DNA of 64,000 nt, from the IMG/VR virus record IMGVR_UViG_3300046170_000302; one strand, 5' to 3'. The notes under the pieces are model-generated. The model worked only from the letters and a program-made list of their open reading frames with translations, was not told where the DNA came from and searched no databases. The stretch's first letter is position 1; each line of letters begins with the position of its first letter. This stretch comes from a virus (lineage: Duplodnaviria; Caudoviricetes). Positions 27,932 through 36,702 of this stretch are shown here, piece by piece. A program made the position numbers and the translations under genes.

Positions 27932-28225
27932 ATGGATCATTCAGTAACACTACAATATCCTGACGGTCGTGAGGAGAAGTTCACTTGTCCAGAGGACGAG
28001 TACATCTTAGATGTGGCAGAAGAAAAAGGATTTGATCTTCCTTATTCATGTAGGGCAGGTGCTTGTTCCTCATGTTGTGGAAAGATTGTTTCTGGAACTC
28101 TGGATCAAAGCGATCAATCCTTCCTAGATGATGAACAAGTGGAAGCAGGGTTCGCTATGTTGTGCGTATCCTATCCAAGTTCTGATCTGGTAATTAAAGC
28201 AGAAGCAGAAGAGGAACTATACTAA
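27932..28225 (+). CDS. petF: Plant-type 2Fe-2S ferredoxin
   Basis: [13 protein letters not shown]...LC. Confidence 0.95.
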   Translation: MDHSVTLQYPDGREEKFTCPEDEYILDVAEEKGFDLPYSCRAGACSSCCGKIVSGTLDQSDQSFLDDEQVEAGFAMLCVSYPSSDLVIKAEAEEELY

Positions 28226-28227
28226 AA

Positions 28228-28521
28228 GTGAAAACTCTTTATATTCATCCCTTAGGTGACACAGGTTGTCTAACACATGATGGATACATTCAAATAGGAG
28301 TATTCAATCATTCACTAGAGAAACACCTTGAACTTAATCCGACTATAAACTGGGTTGAAACCTATTGGTATCCTGATGTATTTTCAAACAGATACAAGAG
28401 AGCAAATTTTCAACAAACAGAAAAAGCTAATGAAGGAAGTCCTAGGACTGACAATGCATTAGATAGTCGCCCAAGAGACTTTCCTGATCAAGCACAAACT
28501 AGATTAGACAGAACATTATGA
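28228..28521 (+). CDS. Hypothetical protein
   Basis: 97-aa ORF in operon context. Confidence 0.6.
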   Translation: MKTLYIHPLGDTGCLTHDGYIQIGVFNHSLEKHLELNPTINWVETYWYPDVFSNRYKRANFQQTEKANEGSPRTDNALDSRPRDFPDQAQTRLDRTL

Positions 28522-28994
28522 GTTTTTGTATTGGAGCCCAAACTGTTATGGGCACCCTAGCAACAATTGGTGTTGGGATGGCCACACCAGACAAAGTTAG
28601 AACTTATGTCGGAGTTTATGTTACACCGGTTGAGAGTACTGAAGTATCTTTGGAACAACCATCAGGAACATTCGGTATTGAGTATGATGTAATCAATCAT
28701 ATTAGATTGTTTGCAGAACATCACTCATCACCAATGTCTTGTCAAGATGATCCGGGATTGAATATGGCAGGTGTTAAGTTCTTTATACCTCTTTCATCTG
28801 TCGCAAAACTATACACTGGTTTGGCTGTTCATGATGAATCATTTGATAGTAATAATGAACTAAGGAACCCTATTATCATCTCAGGTATTGAGGTTGGTAC
28901 AGAGGGTGTCAAATTATACACAGAATATATGACTGATACCTATAACTTTGATGGTGGTAGAGTTCAGTCAGGAATTAAATTTTTCTTTAGATAA
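28518..28994 (+). CDS. Putative 8-stranded beta-barrel with internal duplication
   Basis: Two repeats of Y.G...L..P....GIE....L..E...G....G.KFF; aromatic C-terminus. Confidence 0.55.
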   Translation: MSFCIGAQTVMGTLATIGVGMATPDKVRTYVGVYVTPVESTEVSLEQPSGTFGIEYDVINHIRLFAEHHSSPMSCQDDPGLNMAGVKFFIPLSSVAKLYTGLAVHDESFDSNNELRNPIIISGIEVGTEGVKLYTEYMTDTYNFDGGRVQSGIKFFFR

Positions 28995-28996
28995 CA

Positions 28997-29320
28997 ATGA
29001 AATTTCTATTCACACTAATCGCAACACTATTCTTAGCTCTCCCAGCATGGGCAGTTGATGTAACTATGGGTTCAAATGGTAACCTAGTATTTGCACCCAA
29101 TGACATCACTATCTCAGCAGGAGATACTGTTCACTTTATTAACGAAGCACTACCTCCTCACAATATCATTGTAGAAGGTCGTGCAGACCTTTCCAGAGAA
29201 GCACTATTGTTTGCTCCTGGCGAATCACAAGACGTTGTATTTGCTGACGCAGGGGACTATAATTTCTTCTGTGGACCCCATCAAGGTGCTGGCATGACTG
29301 GAGTCATTCACGTTCAATGA
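28997..29320 (+). CDS. petE: Plastocyanin
   Basis: Signal peptide; PPHN, FFCGPHQGAGM copper ligands. Confidence 0.95.
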   Translation: MKFLFTLIATLFLALPAWAVDVTMGSNGNLVFAPNDITISAGDTVHFINEALPPHNIIVEGRADLSREALLFAPGESQDVVFADAGDYNFFCGPHQGAGMTGVIHVQ

Positions 29321-29493
29321 TCGATTCTCCAGAAGCACCTATCGAAGGTGAAGTTGATAAGTGGGGGTTTACAATTAAACCCTCTATTACTGACGATGAG
29401 TTGATCCTCATGTGTCTTAAGAATGCTCCTTGTGGGGCAGATCGTAAACAAGCAATTGCTCTTATTAAAAAGTACGAAGACAAAGTAAAATGA
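29317..29493 (+). CDS. 58-aa hypothetical protein
   Basis: MIDSPEAPIEGEVDKWGFTIKP..., overlaps both neighbours. Confidence 0.55.
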   Translation: MIDSPEAPIEGEVDKWGFTIKPSITDDELILMCLKNAPCGADRKQAIALIKKYEDKVK

Positions 29494-30137
29494 AAATCTT
29501 CCTAGACACCGCGGACACATACGCTATTAAAGATTACTTTGATACAGGTCTCATCGATGGTGTCACAACTAATCCCACTCTGATTATGAAGAGTGGTCGT
29601 AACCCTGATGATGTGTATCAGAAGATCAAAGATATTGGTGTCAAGGATATCAGTATGGAAGTGATGGGTAACTTCGTTGAGATGTATACAGAGGCATCAC
29701 GACTCTCTCAGAAGTTTGGTGATGTGGCAACTATCAAAGTTCCTATGACCCGTGAAGGTTTGAGAGTATGTCATCAACTTTCTCAGGTTGATAAAGTGAG
29801 AGTGAATGTAACTCTTATCTTCTCAGCATCTCAAGCAGTTCTAGCAGCTAAAGCTGGTGCCACCTATGTGTCACCCTTTGTTGGTCGTCTTGATGACCAG
29901 TCTGTAGCCGGTCTAGAGGTGGTTCGTTCTATCTCTGAACTGTATCGTATTCATCGTATCCCTACACAGGTACTATCAGCCTCCATTCGTTCGGTACAGA
30001 GGGCTGTACGGTCCTGGTATAACGGAGCAGAGGTGGTTACGATGCCTCCTAGTATCTTTGAACAGATGTATGATCACATCTTGACTGATAAGGGTCTGGA
30101 GATCTTTGAGAAAGATGCAGCTAATATCAAACAATGA
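29490..30137 (+). CDS. talC: Transaldolase (TalC/FSA type)
   Basis: FLDTA, GVTTNP, IKVP, NVTL, YVSPFVGR. Confidence 0.95.
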   Translation: MKIFLDTADTYAIKDYFDTGLIDGVTTNPTLIMKSGRNPDDVYQKIKDIGVKDISMEVMGNFVEMYTEASRLSQKFGDVATIKVPMTREGLRVCHQLSQVDKVRVNVTLIFSASQAVLAAKAGATYVSPFVGRLDDQSVAGLEVVRSISELYRIHRIPTQVLSASIRSVQRAVRSWYNGAEVVTMPPSIFEQMYDHILTDKGLEIFEKDAANIKQ

Positions 30138-30310
30138 AAAGATATTACTACCGAGTTTATTCTGGTAGACCAGAAGAACTTGAGGCCGGGTATTATCCAC
30201 ATCTTGAAGCAGTCTTTAAAACCAAAGAAGAGAGCATTGAGTTTGTAAATACTTGGTTGGACTTATATCCAAAAGGTGATGTGACCTTTTGGTATGAAAA
30301 TCCAGATTAA
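30134..30310 (+). CDS. 58-aa hypothetical protein
   Basis: MKRYYYRVYSGRPEE..., ATGA overlap with talC. Confidence 0.5.
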   Translation: MKRYYYRVYSGRPEELEAGYYPHLEAVFKTKEESIEFVNTWLDLYPKGDVTFWYENPD

Positions 30311-30376
30311 AAATTGTCATAACCCTGTTGATCTCATAGGTCAATGGGGTTATACTATGTGTATCGGAAAACAACT

Positions 30377-30718
30377 ATGAACGGATCACTGGACCCAGAA
30401 GAAAGAGTTATGGAATCACCTACTGTAAACGAACAGGTTGCCTTTATCGCTCAAAAATATGGGTGGGAAGAAGGTGACGAAATTGTAGTTGAGGTTGGTG
30501 GTACCGTTGTATCTGGTATTCATCAAGGTGAAGACTATAACAAGAAGTGGGCAACACCCTTTGGTGTTCGTAAGTACAATAAGGATGCTTTCATCATTAT
30601 CAGTAATCAATCTCGTAGGGATCTGAGTAAATCTCAACCTATGGATAGGGAACATAAACCCCAACACCCATACACTCCCCCATCTCTAAATATTTCTGAA
30701 GAAAAGAAAACAAAATGA
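30377..30718 (+). CDS. Cyanophage hypothetical protein
   Basis: Track ORF 30344..30718. Confidence 0.65.
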   Translation: MNGSLDPEERVMESPTVNEQVAFIAQKYGWEEGDEIVVEVGGTVVSGIHQGEDYNKKWATPFGVRKYNKDAFIIISNQSRRDLSKSQPMDREHKPQHPYTPPSLNISEEKKTK

Positions 30719-30909
30719 GTTTCCCATTCAATCATGTTGTTCTTGAGGATCGTAAAGAAGTTTGGATCAAAGGTGGGTATCCTGGGTGTATGGCAGTACC
30801 AAGGTTGATGGAAAAGTTTTATCCTGGATATGAAGCCAAGTTGGCTAAGAATGAATTTATTGAGAAACTCAAAAAAGATTACACATTGAGGGCTACATTA
30901 GATGCCTGA
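30715..30909 (+). CDS. Hypothetical protein
   Basis: 64-aa ORF followed by a CCCCTAC/GTAGGGG hairpin. Confidence 0.6.
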   Translation: MSFPFNHVVLEDRKEVWIKGGYPGCMAVPRLMEKFYPGYEAKLAKNEFIEKLKKDYTLRATLDA

Positions 30910-30999
30910 TCACAGTATTCGCCCCCTACTTGAACAGGTAGGGGGTTTTACTATTACAATATTGATGTTTCTAGTTCCTATTTTAATTTTAATTTTACT

Positions 31000-31253
31000 A
31001 TGACTTTTCCTTGTATTCTCTAAAGACGGTTGCCCTTACTGCACTAAAGTTGCACAGGCACTTAAGCTCGCTGAAATGAAGCATGTCATATATAAACTTA
31101 ACCAAGGACTACACTCGACAAGAATTTTACAAAACATTTGGAGATGGCTCTACCTTCCCACAGGTTAGAGTATTCACTGAAGAAGAAGGTGAAAGAACTA
31201 TTGGTGGTTGTAGTGAAACGGTTAAGTATCTACGAGAAAACAAATTGATCTAA
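31000..31253 (+). CDS. Glutaredoxin (NrdC/Grx); two indels near 31008 and 31102
   Basis: SKDGCPYC, TFPQV, IGG motifs; missed by the ORF track. Confidence 0.85.
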
Positions 31254-31609
31254 TGGACAACACCTGGGAACTTCTAAACATTGTTGAGAGGACAATTGAT
31301 AGTGCATTCCAAGGCAAACAGATGCTCAACATGTATGAGTATTTGAAGTCTATCAAAGCAACTAAGAGAGATGCTACTGAATTTATTGATAGTTCTGTAG
31401 CCAGAGAGATTCAACTTCTTGTTATGGATCTTGAAGATTATCTTGAAGGTGGTAATGATGAACAACATAAACAACTGAGAGAAGGTTATGGTCATCTGGG
31501 TAAGCCCGAAGCCAGAAAGATAAAGGACTATCTCTATTCTATATTAGAGGATGCATGGAAGTATGAGCAAGAAAAAAGACCAGGAAGAAGGAGGAAAGCT
31601 TCTAAATAA
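31253..31609 (+). CDS. Conserved T4-like cyanophage hypothetical protein
   Basis: QLREGYGHLGKP.ARKI. Confidence 0.75.
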   Translation: MDNTWELLNIVERTIDSAFQGKQMLNMYEYLKSIKATKRDATEFIDSSVAREIQLLVMDLEDYLEGGNDEQHKQLREGYGHLGKPEARKIKDYLYSILEDAWKYEQEKRPGRRRKASK

Positions 31610-31796
31610 CAAAATAAGTAACCTGCCATCAGAGATAGATAGAGGTGTCGAGTTACTATTAAGAAATAAAAAAGGGAGGGTTGGATCAAAAACTTTTCAG
31701 ATCAAATTTGATAAGATGATTTCTCTCTTCAAAAGAGAGTTCCACTTGAATATCGATTTTAGTTTCGATATAAAGAAGAAACCCCTAGGAGGTTAA
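31551..31796 (+). CDS. Hypothetical protein (start uncertain)
   Basis: RGVELLLRN motif. Confidence 0.55.
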   Translation: MHGSMSKKKDQEEGGKLLNNKISNLPSEIDRGVELLLRNKKGRVGSKTFQIKFDKMISLFKREFHLNIDFSFDIKKKPLGG

Positions 31797-31797
31797 G

Positions 31798-32022
31798 ATG
31801 TTAGCAGTTACTCTCACGTTCTCAGCATTGTTTTCAGTCATGTTCCTTGTGTTAGGAACAGTACTTGGTTGGTTGGCTAAAGACTATGTACTACAAAGAG
31901 ACTCTAAGTACATTCCACTTCACCCTGAGATGTTCGATGAGAATGGACAAGTTATCCCTGATGAAGTACTAGCAGTAAGATTTGAGAATGATATGCTTGA
32001 CCCCGATGATCCTTTGAACTAA
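31798..32022 (+). CDS. Membrane-anchored hypothetical protein
   Basis: TM helix followed by HPEMFDENG. Confidence 0.7.
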   Translation: MLAVTLTFSALFSVMFLVLGTVLGWLAKDYVLQRDSKYIPLHPEMFDENGQVIPDEVLAVRFENDMLDPDDPLN

Positions 32023-32063
32023 CTCAATAAATACGATATACTGAAACGAGAAAGAAAATTACT

Positions 32064-32523
32064 ATGGCTACATCAACAAAACTCCCACCTAATGCTTTTG
32101 TGCATGAGATTCTTGCACATGTATCTAAACAAAAAAGTGTTGCAAAGAAAGTAGAAGCACTGCAAGAGTACCGTAATGATGCTCTTACTGCAGTTTTGAT
32201 TTGGAACTTTGACGATACTGTTTATAGTCTTCTCCCCGAAGGTGAGGTTCCCTTTAACAAGAATGAAGTACCTGTAGGGACCTGACCACACCTCCCTGAG
32301 AAGGGAGTGGAAGAACCTCTACCACTTTATCAAGGGTGGTAACGACAAACTCTCCAAGACCCGTAGAGAGTCCATGTTCATTCAAATGTTGGAAGGTCTC
32401 CACCCAGAAGAGGCAGGTGTCATCTGTCTGGTGAAGGATAAGAACCTAGGGACAAAATACAAACTGACCAAAGACCACGTAGCTAAAGCCTTTCCTGATA
32501 TAGTATGGGGAGGTAGATCGTAA
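32064..32523 (+). CDS. Conserved T4-like hypothetical protein; frameshift near 32280
   Basis: LPEGEVP; restored RRE.MFIQMLEGLHPEEA. Confidence 0.75.
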
Positions 32524-32528
32524 ATCCT

Positions 32529-32780
32529 ATGAAAATCGTTCACGAAAACTGTGACCTTGAAAAGTGTAACAACATCAAGTTACCAAACACTGCTTATGTT
32601 GTGACTTACAAGGTCGATGGTAAAGAGTGTAATGACATTACCATCTCACAGAAACAGGTTGAGATCTTTGACCAGTATTATGACAAGTATAAGAAAGATC
32701 TAATTAAGATTGTTCAATCAAAAGGAACAGCAAATCCAAAACTATGGAAAGGAGTGGAGAAAGATGTCAAAGGGGTTTGA
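32529..32780 (+). CDS. Hypothetical protein
   Basis: 83-aa ORF. Confidence 0.65.
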   Translation: MKIVHENCDLEKCNNIKLPNTAYVVTYKVDGKECNDITISQKQVEIFDQYYDKYKKDLIKIVQSKGTANPKLWKGVEKDVKGV

Positions 32781-32952
32781 TATAAACTTCGAAGGTCTTG
32801 ATATGAGCCAAGAAGGTGTTCAAGAACTTGTCAAGAAATATAAGAAGATCAAGAAGTATCAGAAGTCTTCACTGTTTGCGGTGAAGACTATGGATGGTAC
32901 AGAAGAGATCGTATCTAAGATGGTAGAGGAAGCCCGTGAAGGAGGGTTCTAA
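32764..32952 (+). CDS. Hypothetical protein
   Basis: MSKGF...AVKTMDG. Confidence 0.6.
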   Translation: MSKGFDINFEGLDMSQEGVQELVKKYKKIKKYQKSSLFAVKTMDGTEEIVSKMVEEAREGGF

Positions 32953-33023
32953 TCCTGTTGATGTCCTCAGGTTGATATCAGAACTTGAGGGTAGTTCACA
33001 AATGCTCAATCTATTGGAATGTT

Positions 33024-33233
33024 ATGATGACAAAGAAACGATCGACGAAATCAAAAAGAGGTTTTACAGAATTTACTTCGACCTCAAACGATCCCTACGA
33101 CAGACATAAGTATAGGATGAGGTTTGGTGATACGGATAAAGCCATTATCTTTGATGACTATGAAACTATGAGAGTATTTTGGTTTCAACACGCAGGGATG
33201 AAAAGACCTTGTGTTATTGATGTAATCGATTAA
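33024..33233 (+). CDS. Hypothetical protein
   Basis: PYDRHKY motif. Confidence 0.55.
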   Translation: MMTKKRSTKSKRGFTEFTSTSNDPYDRHKYRMRFGDTDKAIIFDDYETMRVFWFQHAGMKRPCVIDVID

Positions 33234-33269
33234 ACTTTGTTAAATAAATATTCGAAAGGTTAGTAGAAT

Positions 33270-33584
33270 ATGCTATCGACCAAGTATCGGCTACGGCTTG
33301 AATTTATCTGTAAGTGTATTGCTAGTGGTGAGGAAGTAAAACTAGATGATATGGTCTGGGCACAGAAACTTGCTAAAGCAAATACATCTGCTAATGAGAT
33401 GTTAAAGAAAGCAAGACGACAATCTTCTCAAGATATTGAGGAAGGTAGTACCGACGATTTTCTGAATAGGATGGGTTTAGGAGACCCCGATCCATCCAAT
33501 CACAAAACGGGGTTTAGTAGTGCTGATGATATCAAGGACTGGTTTAAACAAGACAAACCTAAGGATTGGAGACAGAGGGACTAA
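33270..33584 (+). CDS. Conserved cyanophage hypothetical protein
   Basis: MLSTKYRLRLEFIC...DWRQRD. Confidence 0.75.
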   Translation: MLSTKYRLRLEFICKCIASGEEVKLDDMVWAQKLAKANTSANEMLKKARRQSSQDIEEGSTDDFLNRMGLGDPDPSNHKTGFSSADDIKDWFKQDKPKDWRQRD

Positions 33585-33817
33585 TGCAATCAGTAATCTA
33601 TTCGAATAAAAGTCAAGAGTGTGAGAGAGCTATCATGCTTCTCTCAAATGTCCATGAGGATTTTCATGAGTATATCCTAGATGAAGACTTTACTGACAAA
33701 CAATTTCATGCAGAGTTCGGTGATACAGCAGAGTATCCACAGATTTCTATTGGGCTGAAACACAGAGGTGGATTGAAAGAAACCCTTCAGTTCATGAAAG
33801 ATAACAATATGTTCTAA
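33584..33817 (+). CDS. Glutaredoxin-like protein lacking CxxC
   Basis: SQEC in place of CPYC; YPQI and GG retained. Confidence 0.65.
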   Translation: MQSVIYSNKSQECERAIMLLSNVHEDFHEYILDEDFTDKQFHAEFGDTAEYPQISIGLKHRGGLKETLQFMKDNNMF

Positions 33818-33819
33818 CC

Positions 33820-33849
33820 TTGACATAAATAGTGTAGAAGTGTTATAAT
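33820..33849 (+). promoter_or_regulatory. Dual early/late promoter of the riboswitch operon
   Basis: TTGACA-18-TG.TATAAT with embedded ATAAATA (33825-33831). Confidence 0.75.
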
Positions 33850-33855
33850 AACACT

Positions 33856-33902
33856 GTCGTTCATCAGAGGTAACTCTGACGCAAGTAAGTTGACTCGGAA
33901 CG
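33856..33902 (+). ncRNA. Glutamine-riboswitch-like aptamer 1 (glnA/Downstream-peptide class)
   Basis: CGTTCA-[TCAGAG gtaa CTCTGA]-CGCAAGTA...GGAACG; P1 CGTTC/GAACG. Confidence 0.75.
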
Positions 33903-33905
33903 GAG

Positions 33906-34088
33906 CGTTCATCCTATGGTTGATTTCTTTTTATATACAACACTCAGTTGTTCTGATGCCGATAGCATTATGCTACGGATGAGGAGTAATGATGATCTTA
34001 ACGCATCAAGTTAGGATTGAATTGGTGGAGGTTCTAAAAGAATCTACACCAGAGTGTCCATGGGACGCAAAAGGCAACTGAAGGAACG
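33906..34088 (+). ncRNA. Glutamine-riboswitch-like aptamer 2 with ~138-nt ORF-containing P2 loop
   Basis: CGTTCA-[TCCTATGG...CCATGGGA]-CGCAA...GAAGGAACG. Confidence 0.6.
33916..34081 (+). CDS. ~54-aa protein nested in aptamer 2; apparent +1 indel near 34000 (as written stops at 34014)
   Basis: MVDFFLYTTLSCSDADSIMLRMRS...IELVEVLKESTPECPWDAKGN*; GGAG SD at 33902-33905. Confidence 0.55.
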
Positions 34089-34122
34089 GGGCCTAAAAAT
34101 CCAACTACTTCAGGAGTATCAA

Positions 34123-34257
34123 ATGAAAGTCACGTATCGTGGTGTGTCGTATGACACAGTTGAGTATCAGAACAGACCCCAAGTTACCAAAAAAGTAACT
34201 GAAGTCTATCGTGGTATCAATCACACCGAAACTGTAAAAGTGGAGGTATCAAAATGA
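34123..34257 (+). CDS. DUF4278 family protein (IF17/GifB N-terminal-like)
   Basis: MKVTYRGVSY...EVYRGI, two YRG motifs; SD CAGGAG. Confidence 0.8.
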   Translation: MKVTYRGVSYDTVEYQNRPQVTKKVTEVYRGINHTETVKVEVSK

Positions 34258-34361
34258 ATATACTTGCCATCGAGCAAAGAAAGATTCTCAAGAAAAAAGC
34301 TATCAAGGTAGCTCAACTTGAGTTGACTAAGAAAACACTTGTTTGTTCTAACAACAAGTGA
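34254..34361 (+). CDS. 35-aa basic peptide
   Basis: MNILAIEQRKILKKKAIKVAQLELTKKTLVCSNNK*; ATGA overlap, SD GGAGG. Confidence 0.6.
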   Translation: MNILAIEQRKILKKKAIKVAQLELTKKTLVCSNNK

Positions 34362-34368
34362 TATAATT

Positions 34369-34393
34369 AAGGGAGGTAATACTCCCTTTTTTT
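34369..34393 (+). terminator. Intrinsic terminator closing the riboswitch operon
   Basis: GGGAG-gtaata-CTCCC followed by T7. Confidence 0.8.
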
Positions 34394-34394
34394 A

Positions 34395-34556
34395 ATGGAA
34401 AAAGATAAACTCAAACTAATAACCAGAAACCTAAGACTGTTGGTAGATGCGCTGGAGTCTGAAGTTTATTCTGATGTAAAGGCTTATACTGAACGAATGG
34501 AAGAGACACTCCCTCCTCTCCCAGATTATGACGAGGTATTTGAAGATGATGAATGA
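34395..34556 (+). CDS. 53-aa hypothetical protein
   Basis: MEKDKLKLITRNLRLLVDALESEVYSD...[10 protein letters not shown]. Confidence 0.65.
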   Translation: MEKDKLKLITRNLRLLVDALESEVYSDVKAYTERMEETLPPLPDYDEVFEDDE

Positions 34557-34941
34557 TTGGAGATACACGGATGAAAGAATGGAACTAAGGGGTGTTTGCT
34601 TAAGCATTCTTCTAAATAAGTATGGTGGAGCAAGGATTGAAGAAGCCTCCTACTCAACTAAAGATATTTACGAATGCGTCGATACCTGGGTCAGTCAAGG
34701 GAATAAAATTTCTCATGGTATCGAATCTTACTTTAAGACTTATTTTTCTAACACCTACTTAATGTACGTTACACATAACAATTACGAAAGAGCTTTAAGA
34801 CAATTTAGTATTCAAGTTGAATACATATGTGCAGCGGAGATGGCTGGTAAGATTGATTCTGAGGAAGCATACCAACGAATCAAGACCCAACTTAAGACAG
34901 TCAAGAAAGTTAGAAAGTCTGTTAGAACAGGCGTACAATAA
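34546..34941 (+). CDS. Hypothetical protein (may be two fused small ORFs)
   Basis: Track ORF 34528..34941. Confidence 0.55.
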   Translation: MMNDWRYTDERMELRGVCLSILLNKYGGARIEEASYSTKDIYECVDTWVSQGNKISHGIESYFKTYFSNTYLMYVTHNNYERALRQFSIQVEYICAAEMAGKIDSEEAYQRIKTQLKTVKKVRKSVRTGVQ

Positions 34942-35021
34942 GAGTCATTCTGAATATCCAAACTCGATATTCTTTGTTCAATAATGTGAGTGGAAGAAAC
35001 CCAATGGACCAATCAGAAAAG

Positions 35022-35658
35022 ATGAAACCCGGAGCTAAGTTAGTATCGGTTACGCCCGATGCTGAAAAACATATAGCATTCTGTGCTAGGGTGAGTAATC
35101 CAAACAACCAGGACAACGAAAAGTTTTCTGGTCTACTAAAGTATTGCATCAAGAATCAACACTGGAGTATCTTTGAACAGGCGTTCATGACTCTAGAGAT
35201 AACTACCAACAGGGGTATCGCAGCTCAAATCCTGCGGCACCGTTCGTTCACTTTCCAGGAATTCTCACAGAGGTATGCCTCTACAGATTTCCTAGGTGAG
35301 ATTGAACTGCCTGAACTTCGTCGTCAGGATGATAAGAATAGACAGAACTAGTATTGATGATCTTGATCCTGAACTCATTGATAAACTTGAGAGACAGATG
35401 GTAACTCTCTTTAGTTCTGCCAACTCTCTGTATCAACAGATGTTGTCAGCAGGTGTTGCTAAGGAGTGTGCACGCTTTGTGTTACCTCTTGCAACGCCAA
35501 CTAAAATCTACATGACAGGCTCAATTCGCAGTTGGTTACATTATATTGATCTGAGATCTTCCAATGGAACTCAGAAAGAACATATGGATATTGCCAACAA
35601 CTGTAAAGAGATCTTTGTAGAACAGTTCCCATCTATTGCAGAAGCTATGGAATGGTGA
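35022..35658 (+). CDS. thyX: Flavin-dependent thymidylate synthase; frameshift near 35348
   Basis: [45 protein letters not shown]. Confidence 0.93.
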
Positions 35659-35689
35659 TACATAAATATACACACTGAAAACGGATATT

Positions 35690-35935
35690 ATGGCAAAGTA
35701 TGATGTGGTAAACACAGATACTGGGGAAACTAAGATCATTGACGTTAGTGTTCATGAGATTACCCAGTGGTATGAAGACAACCCTGAGTGGAGAAGGGAT
35801 TGGTCTCAAGGAGCAGCACCATCGATTGGTATGGTTGGAGAAGTTTATGATAAACTTAAGAAGACTCATCCAGGTTGGAATGATGTTCTTCATAAAGCAT
35901 CTAAAGCTCCCAAGTCAATTGTCAAACCTATTTGA
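35690..35935 (+). CDS. Conserved T4-like hypothetical protein
   Basis: Late ATAAATA upstream; GWNDVL..ASK. Confidence 0.7.
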   Translation: MAKYDVVNTDTGETKIIDVSVHEITQWYEDNPEWRRDWSQGAAPSIGMVGEVYDKLKKTHPGWNDVLHKASKAPKSIVKPI

Positions 35936-35940
35936 ATCAC

Positions 35941-36702
35941 ATGCCTAGAAAGAGTAAGTCCGGTATTGGTACGAACCCTGTCCCCTTTGGTACAAGTAAT
36001 AGGGCAATGAAAAGAAAGAAACCAATCAATTTAGATTACATCAAAAAGATTGAACCTCTCACTGAGAACCAACAAAAGTTCTTTGAAGAGTATGGGAAAG
36101 ATCAGAACTTGGTTGCATATGGTGTAGCTGGTACAGGTAAAACCTTTATCACCCTTTACAACGCTCTTCTGGATGTCCTAGATCCTAAGACACCCTATGA
36201 CAAGATCTACATCGTCAGGTCTCTTGTGGCTACCCGAGAGATTGGGTTCCTTCCTGGCGATCATGAAGATAAATCATCTTTGTATCAGATCCCATACAAG
36301 AACATGGTAAAATACATGTTCGAGATGCCAGATGACAACTCCTTTGAAATGTTGTATGCTAACCTCAAGGCACAAGGAACTATTAGTTTCTGGAGTACAT
36401 CATTCATTCGTGGTACCACGTTTGATAATGCCATCTTGATTATTGACGAGTTCCAGAACTTGAATTTTCACGAACTTGACAGTATCATTACTAGGGTAGG
36501 TGAGAGTTCTAAGATCTTCTTCTGTGGAGATGCCACTCAGTCTGACTTGACTAAGACAGCTGAGAAGAATGGTATTGTTGACTTCATGTCTATCATCAAG
36601 AACATGCCTTCGTTTGCTACGATTGAGTTCCAGGCAGAGGACATCTGTAGAAGTGGATTGGTTAAGGAATACATCATTGCAAAACTTGAATTAGGTCTTT
36701 AA
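35941..36702 (+). CDS. phoH: PhoH family ATPase
   Basis: GVAGTGKT, IGFLPG, FIRGTTF, DEFQN, GD..QSDL. Confidence 0.95.
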   Translation: MPRKSKSGIGTNPVPFGTSNRAMKRKKPINLDYIKKIEPLTENQQKFFEEYGKDQNLVAYGVAGTGKTFITLYNALLDVLDPKTPYDKIYIVRSLVATREIGFLPGDHEDKSSLYQIPYKNMVKYMFEMPDDNSFEMLYANLKAQGTISFWSTSFIRGTTFDNAILIIDEFQNLNFHELDSIITRVGESSKIFFCGDATQSDLTKTAEKNGIVDFMSIIKNMPSFATIEFQAEDICRSGLVKEYIIAKLELGL

